Assembly (NCBI RefSeq): GCF_018350175.1
Contig: NC_058368.1
Location: forward strand, 88,290,001 to 88,354,000
From: Felis catus
Lineage: Eukaryota
Length of the DNA stretch: 64,000 nucleotides
Direction: 5' to 3'
Of the stretch, positions 62,001 through 64,000 are shown in pieces; within the stretch, counting starts at the first letter, position 1, and every line of letters starts with the position of its first letter. The position numbers and the translations under genes were made by a program. Below the pieces are notes generated by a model, which did no database searches, had not been told where the DNA came from, and worked only from the letters and a program-made list of their open reading frames with translations.

Positions 62001-63260
62001 AGGGGAGCTGTGGGGGTGGAGTCAGGGCACCAGGGGAGGGGAGAGGTGGGGAGAAGAGTCAGGGCACCTGGGGTGGGAGCAGTGGGGGTGGAGTTAGAGC
62101 ACCTGGGATTAGGAGTAACTGGTGTTGGAATTACTGCCAGGTTTCATAGGGATTTTTGAAAAGGGCTGGCCTTTTAGGTTGCCCTTCATAGTGAGAGTTG
62201 GCCTGTGCCTTGGAGTCCAGTGGTTAAACAGGTAGGTGTCTGTGCTTAGGTTCCAGCCTGATTTGGCAATGGAGTTTTGCTAGTGGAAGTGTGTAAGATG
62301 AAAAAGTTAACTCTGGAGTCAAGGTTAATAAGTAGCATAAAATGATCCTGATGTACCTTTTTTTTTTAACAGTCTAATTCTGCAGAGAACTGTTGTCTCC
62401 ATCAATTTATGTTTCACGGGAGACAATGGCCCAGAGATAATGCCCTAACACTCCAGTGTCTTCAAAGTGCCACATACCTTGCTGGTGCTTGGGGTCTCAA
62501 GCATCCCCAGGTGCTGGAAAAGGAGAGGCTAGTTCTGGAGAACTCACCGGGAGTCCTGGCCCTGCTTTGAGTACTGTCAGTTGCAGAAGTCTGTGCAGCC
62601 CAGCCGCCAGGAGATGAAGGGCAGTGGCTATCTCCAGCATGAGCGGATGCTGGCAGGACCGCCCTAGCAGGCCAAGGGTGGGACAGGTTTGCTTTCCTTC
62701 CGACTTCAGGGCTCTTGATGGCAGAAGTCACCTGGCCTGTGGCTCTTCCTCTGACTGCTGATGTGAGATGCACAGATACCCACGGAGTTTTGAGGAGCCT
62801 GGGGTCAGCATGTGTGTGTGTGTGCACATGCAAGTCCATGTGTGTATGCACATGTGTGTGCACTCTGAGTCCCTGGTGTGAGTCTGGAGTTCAGCTGTCA
62901 CAGAGAACCACACGCTCCACCTCTAGGAACCTCGTTCCTCATGGGCTGTTGCAGGAACTGCAGCTTCTGGAGTTAGGGTAGCCTGCCTACCTGCACGTGC
63001 CCAGGGCCCAGGGCCCGAACTGCGTCCTCCTGCCTCACTCCAAGCTCCACAGGACACGATCCTGCCACTGCATCTGGGCACAGCAGAAGCTCTCAATAAC
63101 TGTCCTGTTGACACACGTACACATCTGCTGTGCCCTCCCTGATCTCCCCAGCACTGAGCCTGAGAAGAAGGAGCTTCTGGGGCTGAGAGCTCCAATCTCA
63201 CGGTGCCAGAAAAGTGCTGGGGCACTTGCTCACATGCCAGCATCAGACTGGGGGCCCTGA
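59075..63260 (-). pseudogene. Tentative decayed GREB1-family unit A (C-terminal third; may extend past the window)
   Basis: Collinear peptides versus recalled human GREB1: SLMLACEQVP~SLTKACRQPP; HVQVGR..KLQFL~PPQIGKTGAYLQFL (62952-62963); NLSHPWP~QLSDPWP (62669-62686); QDPCSYGTNF~QEPFSRCHVHNF; HTEILAEEKMNILETF~HTFLAAPAQLLLEKF; AAGREAR~ANAREDR. Many stops and frameshifts; by-eye alignment only. Confidence 0.4.
60698..62108. repeat. G-rich minisatellite of 35-39-bp units with a 470-bp higher-order duplication
   Basis: gtgggggtggagttagggcacctggggaggggag variants; sequence from 60961 recurs at 61431. Confidence 0.95.
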
Positions 63261-63439
63261 AAGCACAGGCCCACTTGTCATTCTGGAGGTTGGTAAGGAC
63301 AGGCCAAATACAGTAGACAGAGATGAGGGCTATACCTCACCAAAGTAACAAGAACCAGAAGATACCCATGAAGGTTATTTTCTAGACGTGCTACTTCCTG
63401 TGTCTTCTTGAACAAGCCAGCTTCCAGAAATTTGCGCAC

Positions 63440-63823
63440 TCCTAGGTGACCCCAAATTCACATCCACACTGAACTGGAATGCGACATTAGCAGAAATGGC
63501 CACATTATGCAAAAGCTAGCCCTGGATCAGGGCGGGCCCTGAGTCAGTGACAGGTGTCCTTATGAGACAAGGGAGGGGGAATTTCAGTCAGCCATTTGGT
63601 GATGGAGGCAGAGACTGGGGAGACACGGCCATGAGTCCAGAACTCCTGAGGCTCTGGCAGTCAGGAGAGGCAGGAGAGATCCTCCTGGAGCCTTCAGAGG
63701 AAGCATGGCCCTGTGACACCTTGACCTCAGTCTCCTGGCCTGCAGACCTGGGAGAGAACAAAGCCTGCTGTCCTAGGTCCCCCACTTGTACTTCATTAGC
63801 AGCCCCAGAAAATTAGCACTATA
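63440..63823 (+). mobile_element. MaLR (MLT1A/B-like) LTR
   Basis: gacaggtgtccttatgagac...gagccttcagaggaagcatggccctgtgacaccttg...cagccccagaaaattagcac. Confidence 0.8.
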
Positions 63824-64000
63824 CCTGCACAGCCAGAGGACAGCCACAGGAGAGCCTATTCCAAAGCAGTCTGCAGGTGGCCCGGCCTGTGAGAGAAGGG
63901 CTCACCCACTTCCGCACTCTGCCCCCATCCTTTCCTGAGGGGCCCTCCCACTGGGATCCCAAGCAGAAAGCAGCATCAACATGTATCTTCAAAATACATT

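Noticed and set aside
60671..62149. Gly-rich repetitive ORFs; possible CRISPR-like or telomeric array
   Set aside because: Tandem variant units without unique spacers in mammalian DNA; TTAGGG is not tandem.
16200..64000. SNAP47 3' exons expected from human synteny upstream of PRSS38
   Set aside because: No SNARE-motif-like C-terminal exon recognised in the window; it probably lies further right.

Overview
Mammalian genomic DNA, most likely from a felid, judging by SINEC_Fc-type CanSINEs and carnivore L1s. Firm content: (1) a complete, intact five-exon PRSS38 serine protease gene on the minus strand (CDS 16113..4035, 330 aa); (2) a MORF4L1/MRG15 processed copy (29090-30724) with a poly(A) tail and target-site duplication (TSD), whose chromodomain part is cut off by two stops while a 234-aa MRG-domain ORF stays open; (3) many CanSINEs, young and old L1s, MaLR/ERVL LTRs, a MER20 and numerous minisatellites. 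Main unexplained signal, tentative: the non-repeat minus-strand sequence repeatedly translates, through stops and frameshifts, into short peptides that match human GREB1 in collinear order. This suggests up to four decayed head-to-tail GREB1-family units, the last interleaved with the PRSS38 exons. It rests on by-eye alignment to a GREB1 sequence recalled from memory, at low identity and without statistics, so it needs a frameshift-aware profile search before it is believed.
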